This document shows positions 26,141 through 39,980 of a DNA stretch of 64,000 nucleotides, in pieces. Numbering within the stretch: position 1 is the stretch's first letter; every line of letters starts with the position of its first letter. The notes below the pieces were generated by a model. That model saw only the letters and a list, made by a program, of their open reading frames with translations, was not told the DNA's origin and did no database searches. This DNA comes from Lama guanicoe. Lineage: Eukaryota. Location: positions 944,524 to 1,008,523 of the forward strand of contig MU053873.1 of NCBI GenBank assembly GCA_013239625.1, in the 5' to 3' direction. The position numbers and the translations under genes are program-made.

Positions 26141-26444
26141 CCCACACTAAGGCCCTACTTCTTCCAGAAGCCCTCTGACAAACAGCAGCCCTGCCTCCCA
26201 CCATGCCCAGGCAGACGCTCCTCTTCAGGGCTCCCAACCCCTGCTCATCTCACTTACTGCAGAGCATCTTGCATAAGCTTATCTGTTCACGTGTCTGTCT
26301 TCAGTCCTACCCTCGGGGCACCCCCTTCCCACAGGCTGCAGACAGCACCACCCTTGTATCCCCGACTTGGTACAAGGTCTGGCATGTGGTTAGAGCTTAA
26401 ATAATGTCATGTGTTGCAGCTAATAACTTCTAAAGTCCCTGTGA

Positions 26445-26565
26445 TTTTAAACATTAATAACTAATTTTAAATAACTGACTTTAACTTTAATAACTAATAG
26501 TTTTAATGACTTTAAATAACCAATAGTTTTAATAAGTTTAACAACTATCGTTAATAACTAACTCA
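26445..26565. repeat. AT-rich low-complexity degenerate repeat
   Basis: Recurrent ttttaaataact / aatagttttaat units. Confidence 0.7.
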
Positions 26566-29500
26566 AATACCTGCGAGCTATGTTTAAAGGTACTGCAGTT
26601 TAGGTTAGTCATGTTACACATTTGAATCTAGATACTTTGAATGTTGTACTTATGCCTTCACTTCTTAATTTTTAAAACCTTATAACTTTTTAAAAATATT
26701 ATGAAAATTATTTTTTATAATTGAAGCTTTCAAACATACACAAAAGTAGGAGAGAATAGGAGCCCCTCACCTGTTATCAACAAATATTCCCTTTTTTTAA
26801 ACCATTCTCACTCCATTTATTTCCCTCACCCCCCACCCACTCACTCTTTGGAAAGCCAGATCATTTTAAAACAAATCCCAAAGATGGTATAATTTCCACC
26901 ACAAATACTTCAACATGTATCTAATTTAAAAGGACTTAATATATATGTAAAACTACCATGCCATTACTGCACCTAATAAAGTTAACAGTGATTCCTTAAC
27001 ATAATCGAATGCTCAGTCTGCATTCAAATTTCCCTATTTCAAAGGTGAATTTTTATAGTCAGGTTTGTAGAAATAAGGTGAATGTTTATTAGCAAGCCAA
27101 AAATAGCTCTCAGAGCTGAGAAGATAAATTTCTCATGCGTGTAGCCTCAGGCCCGAATCAGCTAGCTATGTGAAGAAAATTAAATTTGCCTTTAAATGCC
27201 ATTTGCAGGTTCTGCTCCCCGCCCTCAAATAGATAATTTACTTTCAAAAACTGTACAAAACTTTATAAAGAACCTATACGTAAAAGAGAGAAAAGCAAAA
27301 GCCATGCTGAGGTCCCCACAAAAGCCATGAAGGAAACAGGAATTGCAGGGTGAGGATGACTATTTAACAAGAGACAGATGTGCAAAGCGCGGACATTAGG
27401 CAGAATGACCTCCCCCTCAGTAGCCAGACCAGCAGGACTTAGAAATTTAGAAGGTGGGATATAGAGAGATGGTACACTCGATGATGTTGAAATTTCCTTT
27501 TAAAACTGCATTTCTTCTGTCTGCAGTAACAATGGATTTTCTGAGAAACACGGGCAGAAGCAGTTTGAAGAGCAAATCCAATTACCTCGGAGCTGTTCTC
27601 CTTTTAACAGTAAGTTCTGATCCATGCTCCACAGGTCAAGAGCACAGTTCAGATTCCTCTTTGCCCCCTTTTGGGCCAGACTTCGCCTCTGCCTCCTGCT
27701 CATTTTAGCTGTCGACGTCACGCACCGAGGGGCAGGGCTTCCGGCCTCCACACAATGGCCCCCCATTCAGCCACCCTCTGCTCCGTCCCTGAACACTCAT
27801 CCCCCTGGGCTCCTGCTGGGTTTGTTATATTCAGATATGAACTTTCCAGGAATCTGATCGTGTCACAGGCCTTTTCCTGTGTGACAAGTTCAATGCTAAT
27901 CATGAATAGTGGGCTTCACACAGAGGGATAGTATTATTCATGAAAATTATGTCTCCACATCCAGAAATAGGGCAAAACTGCCTAAAATAGGCAGCCTACA
28001 TCTCTGTTGAGTCAACCAGGCAATCACTAAGGCCTTTTGCTGCAAACAGCACACACAGGAGGTTTTCTCAACGATGTTAATCAGACACGTTAGAAGTGTG
28101 ATGTTCTTCCAGACTCAAAGTCTCAGGCCTGGCTTGGTGGGCAGCCCTGGTGCCCACGGGGTGAACAGAACCAAAGCCAGACACTGTCCCCACCGCCCAC
28201 ATCCCCAAACCAGGGACTCCCCAGTTCTCAGCCCCAACTTCTGCCTGTCTCCCTACCCGACCGATTTCAAGGCTGGCTTTAGAAGCTTTGAGAGGGTCAC
28301 CAAAGCACCTTAAGAAAAAGAAATGGTATTTAACCTTTCTTTTTTGGAATAGTGAGGAACATCTGACAAATATCACAAATTAGAGGAGAACTAGATGGTT
28401 GATACTGTTTTGCTATAATCCTCTTCTGGAACATAGCCTCAGTGACCACATGAGTCTGCTCCTGTTGGCCCAAATTATATTTTATAAATGCAAGTTGAGG
28501 ATTATCTTTCCAAACAGAATAGCCCAGATTGAAATGCCCTCTTTGCCATTCCTGAGAGAATGACAGGCTGGTGCTAAAAGACTATCTTTGTGTAGAACAA
28601 ATGGACCGAGGAAAATCTGCTTTCCTCTCCCCCTGCCCCTTTCCTCTTTACATAACTGGAGCCAAATGAGATGTTTTTCATTTTAAAACTTTTGATTAAG
28701 CAGACTGGGCAAACGCTCATGCTTCTGGTCTTTACTGTTTTCTCAGTTTGGGGGGCTGAATCAAGGCATGCTGGGTTGGAAGGACAGGGAAGTGAGGGCC
28801 TGACTGCCAGGCAGTGGTGACGTGTGGAAGTTTGGTTCAGGGAAAATGAGCACTGGTTCAGGGGGTGGGCTGTCCCCTTGAGGCATCAGAACTGAGACCA
28901 CTGTCGTGGGCATGAGTGAGAGGGTCCCAGGTCCCACGTGAACCCCCGTACCCTCTCTGTACGCAGCCTCCCGACCTGAGGAGTGAGAGAGCTAGCCAGG
29001 GCAAGGAGTAGGTTTAAATAAAGAAAAAAAAAACAGGTGAAATTGTTATGAACAAGCCGTCCTTTTCTTCAGCTTTGGAAACCGACAAACCTTGTTCCTT
29101 TGGCATATTTAACAGGATATTTTAAACACCATGTTAGTGAACTCCTTCCAGTACCTCATTTGGTTTTGGTTTCTTTGCTTTAAATCTTCCCCCAGCATTT
29201 TCCACCTGTTTGGAAGTATCTTCTTAAGATTCCCTGCCACATCACATATTCCCTGAGGGTCGGGGTATCTTTCTGCCTTTGCAGCTTGCATACGAGAAAC
29301 AATGAATACATAAATGAATGAATGAACCACTTAGAAAACAGGTCTTGAGCTAAAAGGCTGGAGAAACTGGGTTTTCTGGTAGTAGAGAGTGACAAGTTTT
29401 TTTGGTAGTAGAGAGTGACAAGTTTTGTGAGTTATCATAAAACAACAATAGAACATCTTTATGCCAACGTGAGGAAAGGGATTATCACATTGGCTTTGGA

Positions 29501-29963
29501 GGGGACCTAATTAGACATTTACCGAATGCCATTTTTCGGGGGACACAGCACGTCAAATCTAAACAATAAGCAGTGTCAATAACTTAGTTTTACTGTCTAT
29601 AAAGGGCTCTTCATTCATTCTAAAAAATTAATTCTCAGAAGTGCAAGGTCCTTTTTTTTTTGTCTGGACTGCTCCTGGGCTGTTGTCATCTCTAGCCCTG
29701 AAAGACTCAGCATGAGGAAATTAAGTAGCAGCAGAAATTCTGGTTGGGTTTATCCGTCAAGGGACTGGGGTCCTCTGGGAACCAAGCAGTTTCTGAAAAG
29801 CCTCAACAAGAGAAGTGAAAAGCCTCAGCCCAGGTGGCTTCTCCTTCCATCTGCTCCAGGAAATCCACCTGCCTGAACTACCTGCCCTCTGGCGACCGCC
29901 TTCCACTCTGCACTCTTAGCACCCAGGGTCCTGAAACCTCCAGACGGTGCGTCAGAGGCTTAC

Positions 29964-30055
29964 TCTGGCAAGCGGGAATCTCACAGTATTTCCAGTAGAC
30001 ACCGTCCTCGTGCTCCGCCACGTAGCACCAGGGGCTCACATCTCCGTCTGGGTTT
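29964..30055 (-). CDS. KREMEN1: KREMEN1 exon 3 (kringle C-part), 92 nt
   Basis: Acceptor ttccctccacag|, donor AGA|GTAAGC. Translates NPDGDVSPWCYVAEHEDGVYWKYCEIPACQ, completing the kringle motif NYCRNPDG..PWCY. Confidence 0.97.
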
Positions 30056-32426
30056 CTGTGGAGGGAAAAGGACACACCCTGTAACATTCCCATTGTTTTA
30101 AGTCACTGCTTTTCGGCTTTAACAAAAAAAGGAAAACAAAAACCACTTCAGCTTCTGTGTTATTTCTAATAATTCGTAGGTATCTCAATGCCACCTCTTA
30201 CGAAGAAGAAAACAAAGGCGATACCATGAGAGCAAAGTGTCTGACAGACACTTCAGAGGTGGGGGGCAGGGAGTGAGCAAAGGTGAGGGATGTTTACACA
30301 AACTCACAAGAGTGTAACCAGGACAACTGAGCACTGAACGCACGGTGCCAAACAGCACCGGCACCCGTGACTCCACGGCTGGGGGAGAGCAGGCGCTCTC
30401 GCGACTGTGGATAAAGATGTGAACGGAGCAGGAGCAAATGGTCATGAGGGTCAAAGGCCCTGAAAATACACAAACTCCCTTTCCTCGGCAATTTCTCCTT
30501 CAGTGCTATATTCCAAGGAAATCTTTACATACAAAGAGGTTCACCACAGCATCTTTATAGTGTGAAAAAGTTAGAAATAACAATTAAGGATTGGTTAAAT
30601 AAACACGTTATGTCCATATAAGGATATGCTCGGCAGCTAGTAAAAATGTGGTGTGGAGACACGTTTATTAATATGGAGAGATAGTCACGATGTCTTGTTA
30701 GGTTTTTTTTTTAAAGGCAGTCCTAAAACATGATGGATGACACAATCTCATTTCTGAAAAGGTGTATTTAGGGAAGGATATATACCAAACCCTTTAAAGT
30801 ATTTATTGCTGGATGATGCGGCTATTGGTAATTCTAAGTTTTTTTCTTTTCTTTTCCGATTCTCTTTATTTTTTATTTCATCTACAAATGAACACTGATT
30901 GTGCAGTTTTGAAACCATAAAATAAAATTTACATCATCTAGACTCCGCCGACAAGCTTTCACCAGGATCAGGCTGATCAACCCACGCTGGATAGAAATGG
31001 GTCCTATTCTCACCTCAAAATGCTAACTTCTCAGAGAATTCTGAAGAAAACAATGCCAATGAGTTTCCGCCAGAACATAGTCTTGTAAATCCTGGTACCA
31101 GCTTCTGACATGGCAATAATAATTGTAAAAGGCTCATTTCACATTTCTAAATGAGTGGCTTGGAATAAACACCTTTAAGGTCTTTTCAACTCAGAGACGC
31201 CATGACAAAAATGGGCAGAGCTGCTGAAACAGACCAAAAAAACGGCAGGGGTTACAGGACACACAGGAAAGCCTCGCCTCTCGTCACTGCTTCCCGAGCT
31301 CCCTTTATTTTGAGTCAGGACACTGGAAACCTGACACTCCGGTTAGGCCGGAAATGGGCATAAAGACCCTACAGCGGAGCTCGGGAGCAACCCCTATCAG
31401 GCCTGGGAGGGAGCAGCCTATTGTGTAGCTCAGAAGATAAGCTACTGTGAAGCACAAAGGGTCCTTTTATTTTTTGTGCCCAAAGGCAGGTGCCAGCGCC
31501 AACTCTGCTCGTCCCAGCCTCTCTGTCTCCCCGGCCTCAAGCCCAGGGAAGTGCATTCCCATCACTCGCTGTCTCGCAGACATCTAGACTGGGACGGGCC
31601 TGGAAACATCGCACAAGACAAACGTGGTGTCGGATGTCAGCTGAGAAATCAAAGTAGGAGAACTTGTACAAAGCCCTTCTTTAAACAGTATTTCACTGTC
31701 ATTTTCCCTGCTCTATTCAGTGTTTGGCTTTGATGTAGTATTTGGTAAAGGCCTTAGAAAACAACTGTTTATTATCAATGTCAAAACCATTTGGAAAAAG
31801 CGTTGGAATAGCTTATAAAGAACAAGCGAATTCACTTTTGACTCCGCTGCAGTGCTAAGACAAAAGGCCCAGACTCTCTGATGTGGTAATGATCGACGAT
31901 TTCAGTATCCCTTTTTTTTGAAGGATAAACTGGTAGTTCAGGTCTGGTACATTCCATCAAATCAAAGGAGAGGGCTGCAGCCGGCCAAGGCTCAGGAGGA
32001 AGGCAGTCCTCCCTGGCTCTCAAAGTTTTCTTAATGGATATTTACTGCTGCATTTCTGGGGGCCTTAAGGGTAAAAGTGAGTGCTACTCTACAAGGGAAG
32101 ATTTTTTCTTCATATAAATTAAACATCATTGGAAATTTAAAATTTACTTCAAAGTCAGACTTAAAAACAGAAGCACTGCTGAAAATACTTGCTTGATAGA
32201 AGGCGACAGAATAACAGAATAAACCAACAGCCTAATACCAAGAAACAGTTTAGAACAAGAAGTAACTATGTAAAAACAAAAAACAAGTGCTGGTTACTCT
32301 TCCTAAATACTCTTCCTACCCCAACTCAACTATTCCTTTGAATAGGAAAACTAGGGGAAGGAAATAGACCAGAAGTGGAGTGGGGTTAATTTTTTCAACT
32401 ATGCAAGAAAAAAATTAACAAACATT

Positions 32427-32578
32427 GGGGGGAGGGTATAGCTCAAGTGGTAGAGTGCATGCTTAGCATGCACGAGGTCCTGGGTTCAATTCCCAGGACC
32501 TCTAAAATCCTCTAAAAATAAATAAATGAATAAACCTAATTACCAACTCCCCTTAAAAAAAAAAGAAAAGAAAACAAT
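32427..32578 (+). mobile_element. tRNA-derived SINE (Vic-1-like)
   Basis: GGGGGGAGGGTATAGCTCAAGTGGTAGAG...GGTTCAATTCC (A and B boxes), A-rich tail, perfect 16-bp TSD aaaaattaacaaacat (32410-32425 / 32579-32594). Confidence 0.9.
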
Positions 32579-33939
32579 AAAAATTAACAAACATGTATAA
32601 CGTTGAAAATAAAATGTAAAAGAATTATTTAACAAGCACATGTAATTTTAACAATAAAATACAAAAGACAGCAAAATGTGAAGTAGCATGTTTACAAATG
32701 GCTACCTCTGGGACATGGGGCTTGTTGGAGAGGATTTAGGAGGAAAGAGTAAACTGGGGACTTTATTTGAACAATTTACATGTCTACAGTGTTTTAGAAT
32801 TTTGTGGAGAAAATTTTCCAATACTTTTATAACAAACAAATAATAAAAGGTAACACATAAAACATAATAATCAAATAACAAACTGAAAAATAACACAATA
32901 GCAACTACGGGGGAATGGCCACCTGGTAGAATCAGAACCGAGGGGAATAAAAGAGCGGAGGGCACAGGGATAAAGACAACGTGGACTGCAGGCCTCCAGA
33001 CTTCAAGATAACCACAAGGGTCCTGGAGTGTTAGCCAAGGCATGGAGGGAGGGCAATACGTATACACTGAGGCCCATGCCATGCAGGTATAAATGTGTTG
33101 GCTCAGCTGGGTCAACAGTGCCATGGTTGAGATTCCGACACTCTGGTAGAAGTGTAACTCAAAGAGTAGCTCAGCCATCGTGTCCCCCGTTCCCGTGGCT
33201 CAAGAGGCTGCCTCCACACCTGTCCTAATAATAATTAAATCCAACACATTGCTGAACCATGAGTCACATTACCAGGATCCTGGGTGTAAACAGCTAAAAC
33301 GCAGCTATAATCAAGGTGCTCTGGTCCCTACCGACCAGTGATGATTAACTCGTTCTGGATCACTGACAACTTTGAGAATCTGATCAAAGCCATGAATCAT
33401 CTCCCCAGAAAATCACAAGTACACACTGGAAGCCTCAGGGATCTCAGCCCCTGCGAGAGTCAGACAGGAGGTGAAAGAGCAGAGAAACACCTTAGTCAAC
33501 TGAAAGGAAGGAAACAGCACAAATCTAATGGCTACAATCACTCCCAGAGCAAGATGATCCCAGGCTGGCAGGATAGAAGCAGAGGAAGGTTTGGGCCCCA
33601 GGTGGTGATCTGCTTGTCCACTACATTCACAGCAGCTTAAGAGGCTCTGCTGTCTGGCCAACTAAGAAAAACTCTCCCAAAGAGAAGACACGTAAGTGAC
33701 CAGACAGAAAAGCAGAGCTCTGAAAACCAGTATCAAAGTGACCCAAGTTGAAAAGAGTGGTACTGTGTGTGTGTGTGCACAGTTTTGGGAGAAAGATTTT
33801 TAAAATAGTAACAAGAAAGGCCTTCTGGGTTGGGCAAAAGAAGACAAAGCTTTCCCTAGTTGTGAGCAAGGCTGGAAGAAGTTGGAAGAGGGAGCCAGAG
33901 ATCTGTTGTTTTTTTAAGTTCTGTGGAGCCCCATCTTAC

Positions 33940-34102
33940 CTGCAGTAGTTATGCTCGCCCAGGCCCCCCTCCCCGTTGGGGTACTTCAGAGTGTTGTATG
34001 GGTGCTGGAAAGTCTCGTTCCAGAACAGACATGGCTTTCCGCCTTGCAGTGCCGTCCAGTTCTGCGTTCCCCTGTAATCTGCACCATTGGCTGTGAAACA
34101 TT
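33940..34102 (-). CDS. KREMEN1: KREMEN1 exon 2 (kringle domain, N-part), 163 nt
   Basis: Acceptor tctttctcctag|, donor CAG|GTAAGA. Translates (E)CFTANGADYRGTQNWTALQGGKPCLFWNETFQHPYNTLKYPNGEGGLGEHNYC(R). Phase matches exon 1. Confidence 0.97.
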
Positions 34103-35739
34103 CTAGGAGAAAGAAAGACAGAGCAAACTAATTTTCTGGCAACATCTATAGCTTCCTCCCTCTCTGCTTCATGTTTTATTTGTTTTGCTTGGACCAAGCT
34201 AGAAATGGATAGCGTCCTGCAAGACCCTGGACACAGTGAATTTAATATCACTAGGGCTAAGTGAACCAGAAACGAGGTACCCTCCGAATGCTAGGCTCAT
34301 CCTGCCACTCGCTTGCCTGTAAACACTAGAACAGTTTCGCCTCAAGTATACAGATCCCAACTAAGATATAAACAGGGAGCTGAAATGTACTGAAGCCCAT
34401 GAAGTGAACCAGGAAACCCCCAAATCTGGGAACAGTTGGTAACAGCCATCCATGAGGAACTCTGGGTCCTCGGAGGGGGTCACTGCTCTCGCCAGCATCT
34501 CTGTGTGGTAACTAGAACCAGGGCACGGGCTGTAACTGAGCTCTCCCCTACAGTCTGAAAGGCTACACAGACACTTGGATTTAATAAGACCATCGGATAC
34601 AGCAATGCTTTGGAATCCCAATCACACAAGTCTGGGAATGACTCACATTCCCTGGTAATGAAGAACAGTCCTCCCCATGCTGTTTGAGATAGAGGTGCCA
34701 CAAAGCAGTCAACAGGAGGGAGCAGGGGCTGAATTGGCATCTTCTCTTGCTTCTTTTTTGAAATTCCTTCCCACAGGGCACATTCAACGTGGTCTCGGGT
34801 CCATTTCATAAAATGACAAAATCCTTGCAGGTGCAACAATGTGTGTCTAGAATCTGCCTCTCGGACTTTCGGGGGATGGGAACTGAGGCTGCCAGGACAT
34901 CCCCACACATATTGCACACATTAAATTCACAGAGGTTCATGAGAAAGGCACGGTACAAAGAGCAATTTTTAAAAATTAGCTTAGTTGGAACTGACAGATA
35001 GAAGCACTTCAAACACTTCTTTAAGATGTATCACTAGGAACCTGACAATCTGGGGGAGTTACACTGACATTCTCAGCTTTGTTTCTTTCCTTCCCCTGGC
35101 GTGTGCTGACCTATAACTTCCGGTGTGAAGGACTCTCAGTGCTGTCTCTTGCTGCAGTCCGTGTGCCTCCCCCACCCTAAGCATGTGCACAACACAGCAC
35201 ATCTATATCCTGGAAGATACTTCTTTCAATATTTAAAATTTGTCCACAGACCATCTCTCTTCCTGCACCCCGTTTCTCCCACTCTCTAGGCCCTGTGTTT
35301 TGTCTAGAATAGCATGGTTTTAGGGGCAGCCCCAGTAACCTGGAATCCCCGGCTGCACATGACACCCCGGTAATTTATTGTGTTTGGTGTGACATTCATC
35401 ATTATGTTACGATCAGTACAACTCATCATGTCCCAAGTCGACCAAGCCCTCCACCAAGAGTCTGCACAAATAAAAAAGCTCAAAGGTAATTGAAGGAGGC
35501 AACTCAGTATAGCATAAAATACACTGAACCAGGAGGCTAAACCCCAGCTTCTCATCTTGGACCTGCTGCTGACCAGCTATGTGACCCTGGACGAATCACC
35601 ACCATCTGCATCACCACTAATGCTTCCATAGTGCATTAGTGTTGCGCTCTGTTCTAAGTGCTTTACAAATATCAACTCACCGCCAACCCAGTGGGGAGGT
35701 CCCTTAATACTCCCCATTTTACTGATAAGATGACTGGGG

Positions 35740-36320
35740 CACTCAATCACACCCTATACTGCCTCCGACAGAACCCCCTTGGCATCATCCTTGCTTTCCC
35801 CACACTCTTCTTCACCCCCTTGCTGCTTATCAGCAAGTCCAGTTGACTTTCTTAAGATATGTTCCCTGAAAGCGCCCTTTGCTCTCCACCTTGGGTGCTG
35901 CCATGTTGGTCCCATTCACCATCAGAGGACAATACAGTCTTGTTCAGGTCTCACAGCTTCCACTTTTGTGCTCCTGCAACCCACCCTCCACATCGGGCTC
36001 CAAGTTCCCAGGAAAGCGTAAGCACTGGCGAGAAAACCCAGAGCCTTCATCCTTGTCTGCAAAGCCCCTATGATGTGGCCCAGGCCCTCCCTCCACCGCA
36101 CCTGAGCTCTTCCCCTAATCACTTGCTGTGCTCCAGCCATACTGTTCTGCTTTTAATTCTGTAAACACACCATGCTATTTCCTGCCCGAGTTCTTCCCCT
36201 AATACCTCCCATCACAGACTCAACAGTACCTCCTCCAAAAACCCTTCCCCACCACCCATCTCCACTCCTCTTTTTATGTCCTTCATTTGTTTGCTTCATA
36301 GCACTTATTACCACTAGGAA
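35740..36320 (+). mobile_element. L2 fragment
   Basis: ggcatcatccttg...cagcaagtcc...tgctccagccatactg...ttcatagcacttattaccac. Confidence 0.55.
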
Positions 36321-36335
36321 TACATACAATCTGCT

Positions 36336-36408
36336 AGAGAGAGAGAGAGAAAAAGGAGGACGGACCGTGCGTGTGTGTGTGTATGCGCGCGCGCACGCAC
36401 GCATGTAC
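36336..36408. repeat. (GA)n and (GT)n/(GC)n compound microsatellite
   Basis: agagagagagagaga...gtgcgtgtgtgtgtgtatgcgcgcgcgcacgcacgcatgtac. Confidence 0.85.
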
Positions 36409-37179
36409 CATACCAGAGCCCCATCCAACCCCAGGGTTAGCCTGGGACCTGGGAACCTCTATTTCTAAATAAGTTGCCCAGGTGATGATTCTGGGAACAT
36501 CAAGTCAGTCTTCGCCAATTGCTCGAATTTTCATTGCTATGTGTTAATACATCCTTTTCTCCTATCAAAAGTGGTTGAAGAGTGGCTTGGGGTGAGAAGC
36601 GCAGGCCAACCAATGGAAAGCCTTAGCTACAGACAGGAACCTGCAGGGTGGTGTGGCCAGTGTTTCCAGAGGCTCAGATGACTTGGTTTGTAACACGACA
36701 TAATGTGGCAGCCATCCACGCAAGTGCCAGTCCTCATGAATGGGATAAGGTGGCATCTGAGAGAGGGAAAGTTCCAGAAAGAGCAGGCTTGTTTGCTTTA
36801 GTCTGTTTCTCCCAGACCCAGTCTTGTTCTCAGCTAGACTAGGGAAACTCAGTCAGTGTACCGGATTTTACAACTTTTTTTTTTTTTAATAGACTTGCCC
36901 ATGTCAATTGCGGGGAAAAAGCAAGAAAAACAAACCTGAGCATTCTGGATTGAAGTCACATGTGCATATTGATTTCATCAGAATATGGGGGTGTATACTA
37001 GGTAATGAGGACCCCTGCCTCCCCTGTTTCCCATTGCTATGAAACTGATATATGTCTGGCTAGATAAGTAAGGAGGGGCTTAGACCAATAAAAAAATAAA
37101 CTATTACACGGCTGGCTGCATATGTATATATTCAGTGAAAGAGAATGAGCAAAGGTGACAGACTGAATGTCTAGGATAT

Positions 37180-38480
37180 TATTCATTAATTCATTCAACA
37201 AATATTTATTCAATTCTTACTATGTGTCCAGCACTGTCCACAGCACTGGGACTGCAGTGGTGAACACTCTGCGTTCACAGAGCTCACATGCTAACAGGGG
37301 GTTCACGCTCATAATAAACCAATCAAAATTAACATTAGACAGCAAGAAGTGCTACCAGGGAAAATGGCGTAAGGGGACGGAGATCGAATGGTGGGGGTCC
37401 TCTTGTGAGGAGGTGGGGCAGGAAAGGCCCGGAGGGGAGGAGACATCTGCGCAGAGATGTGGAGGAAGGGAGACACAGACATAAATGACATGGGAAGAGA
37501 GCTGGGGCAGAGGGCACGGCTGACGCACACCCCGCCAGCAGCGCTGTGCTGGGGGGCTTGGGGAACTATAAGGCAACTCCTCTGATGTGACTGAAGTGGG
37601 GTGAGTATGCAGGGCCGGGGTGGGTGGTGGGTAGGAAATGAAGAGGAGGTGGAGGCAGGCCTGCCCAGGTCGTGTAAGGTCCTGAGGGTCTTATACACTA
37701 GATTGTGGCTTTTGTTCTAAGTGTGAGAAGAAGCCATTGGAGGTCTTTGAGCAGCGAGAGGACGTGATCTGACTTATCTTTTGGTAGAACTGTAGCTGCT
37801 GGATGGAGGAGAGCTGTAGAGAGACAGCCAAGAATTCAGCAGGGAGGCCAGATAGGTGACCACTGCAGAAGGATGAGCTAGAAAGGAGGATGGCCTGGGC
37901 CAGGCTGGTAGCTAAAGGGTAGGGAGAAGCAGCAGGATTCTGGATACATTTTGAAGGTAGAATCAAAAGCATTTGCTGGGGAGGTAGAATCAAAAGCATT
38001 TGCTGGGGGTCTGAATCCAGGGTCCGAGAGAAAGAGAGTCAGTATGACACCAAGGAGGTGGGCCTAAGCAGCTGGGTGAGCAGTGATGCCATTTACTACC
38101 ATGGGGAGGACCCAAGGGGGACAGAGTGTGTTGGGGTGGAATGAAGGGTTTGGTTTGGGACAGGAAAATTGGGTGGAGATACAGAGTAAGTGGATGGCTA
38201 CGTGAGCCTGGAGTTGAGGAAAGCAGCCAAAGCGAGACGGAGAAGTGTGGGGGCAACGGCACTTGTGTGCAGAGAGAACAGGGTTACTGCGTGTGGAGAG
38301 AGACAACATCTGGGGCTGGCCCCGGGGCCCTGCCACATTTCAGGCTTGGGAAGACGAGGGCCCAGCGGTGATGACTGGGAAAGCGCGGCCTGGGAGGTGG
38401 CAGAAGAATTAAGAAAGTGTGTGGGTCTCGGAAGTCAAGAGAGAAGGTGTTCGGAGAAGGAAGGAATGATGAACTGTGAG
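37180..38480 (-). mobile_element. L2 fragments
   Basis: attcattcaacaaatatttatt (L2 3' tail) ... gaagccattggaggtctttgagcag ... gattctggatacattttgaaggtaga. Confidence 0.7.
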
Positions 38481-39769
38481 AAGTGCTGCTTTATCTCCTC
38501 CCTGTCTCCTCTAGCTGGAACCCATGCCATTCATCTGTTGGACCCTACCTCGCCATCAGAAGATTCCAAATCTTTCATCTTGGAAATTGAATAAAAACAG
38601 CCCTTAAGGTAAGACACAAGCCTGACAAAAATTCAGCAAATACAGCAGAAAAATTCCTTAATAAAAATTTCCGAGGCTGGCATCAAAGCACTCAGGATTA
38701 ATTCTAGCTTTCTAAGCTGGTGATTCCTTATCTTCTTCTCCATCACCAAAATCCTCCCAAGTATGGTGTATGGCATGTATTGTTAAAAATTGGAGATGCT
38801 AATTTCTTTGAAATTCTCTTGAGATAAGCGGAATCACATTAGGGTATACAAATCCTCAGGTGAGACTCTCTTAGCAAATGGTTTTGTGCAGACCAGCCGT
38901 TTTCTGTAGGACCTGCTACTGCATGAAGGCCTGGAGGTCATTCCTGTGCTAGTAAGATCTGAGGGCAAAGACCAGCTGGGTGAAAGCTCACCACCCGCCA
39001 TCGCTAAGAACAGCGAGCCGGAGTTTTCGCTGTACACCTATTATTGTTCCTTATGCTTGGAATTTAAGACAGGTTGGTATAAAGAAAAGACTGACTTGAT
39101 GGCACATATATTCTAAACTTTGATATGTACCCCTCGAATTCCATAGGCTTTTGCATATTCACATGCTGTATGTAAAATTGTTTACATTTCAATTAATTTA
39201 AAGGCATGACCTATAGAGGACCTGGAAACATTCCCAGTTACACTTTCCACTAATTGTCAATGTCAGTCTACCTAGCGATTTAATGGGCAAAAGTTTAGCG
39301 GTTTATGAGTTGCACACACTGGTATGGAGGGGTGCAGCCTGGACCTTGTAAAGGGACGGTGGTTATAAAGCAGTGAAAGAGGCCTGGACCTGCACTGACG
39401 TGGCTGGCTGACAGCAGCAGGTAGCATGACCTCTGTGTCGGGGCGGGAGGAGCACTCCCCGCCCTGCTCTGGCTCTGACTTGGCCACTCTGTGCTGCCTT
39501 CGTGCACACAACATCCTTTTCACAACTCAAGTTTCTTTATCTCTGACATGAGGGGGGTTGGCTAGATCAGGAGTCCTAATCATTTAGATATACACAGATT
39601 CTCTTGGAGAATCAGTTGAAAGATAGGGACCTCAGTCAACACACACATACACCCACAAACACACAGAGAAATTTATAGCACTGAGGAATTTTAAGGGTTA
39701 TAAAATAGTTTAAATCAAGTACTTTTCTCAGTACTGTTTAGCAGGGAAAAAATCTAGCAACAGTGCGGT

Positions 39770-39980
39770 ACAGCATGTGTAGTACACATGTTAGGGGCTG
39801 GAGTCAGACCACAGCTTTGGGGCTTACAGGCCACAGGCACTCAGCAAACCTCTCTGAGCCTCAGTTTCTTCACTGGTAAAAAGAGGGATTTGATCATCAA
39901 CACTCAGGGCAAGTGGAAGAATTGGAGGATCTGCAAGTAAAATGCCTAGCATCCAGCAGGCACCCAATAAATTATTATGT
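39770..39980. mobile_element. MIR SINE (one of many; others near 4970, 9730, 19350, 48250, 54790, 55160, 58380)
   Basis: MIR core aacctctctgagcctcagtttctt...gtaaaa. The other copies show cagtttcctcatct / acagatgaggaaactgaggctcagag. Confidence 0.65.

Noticed and set aside
32427..32500. tRNA-like sequences (also 9251, 26010-26080, 52625-52698)
   Set aside because: These are SINE heads with A-rich tails and TSDs, not tRNA genes.
32702..33178. 158-aa hydrophobic ORF on the minus strand in intron 2
   Set aside because: The hydrophobicity comes from a T-rich low-complexity tract. The KREMEN1 frame is complete without it.
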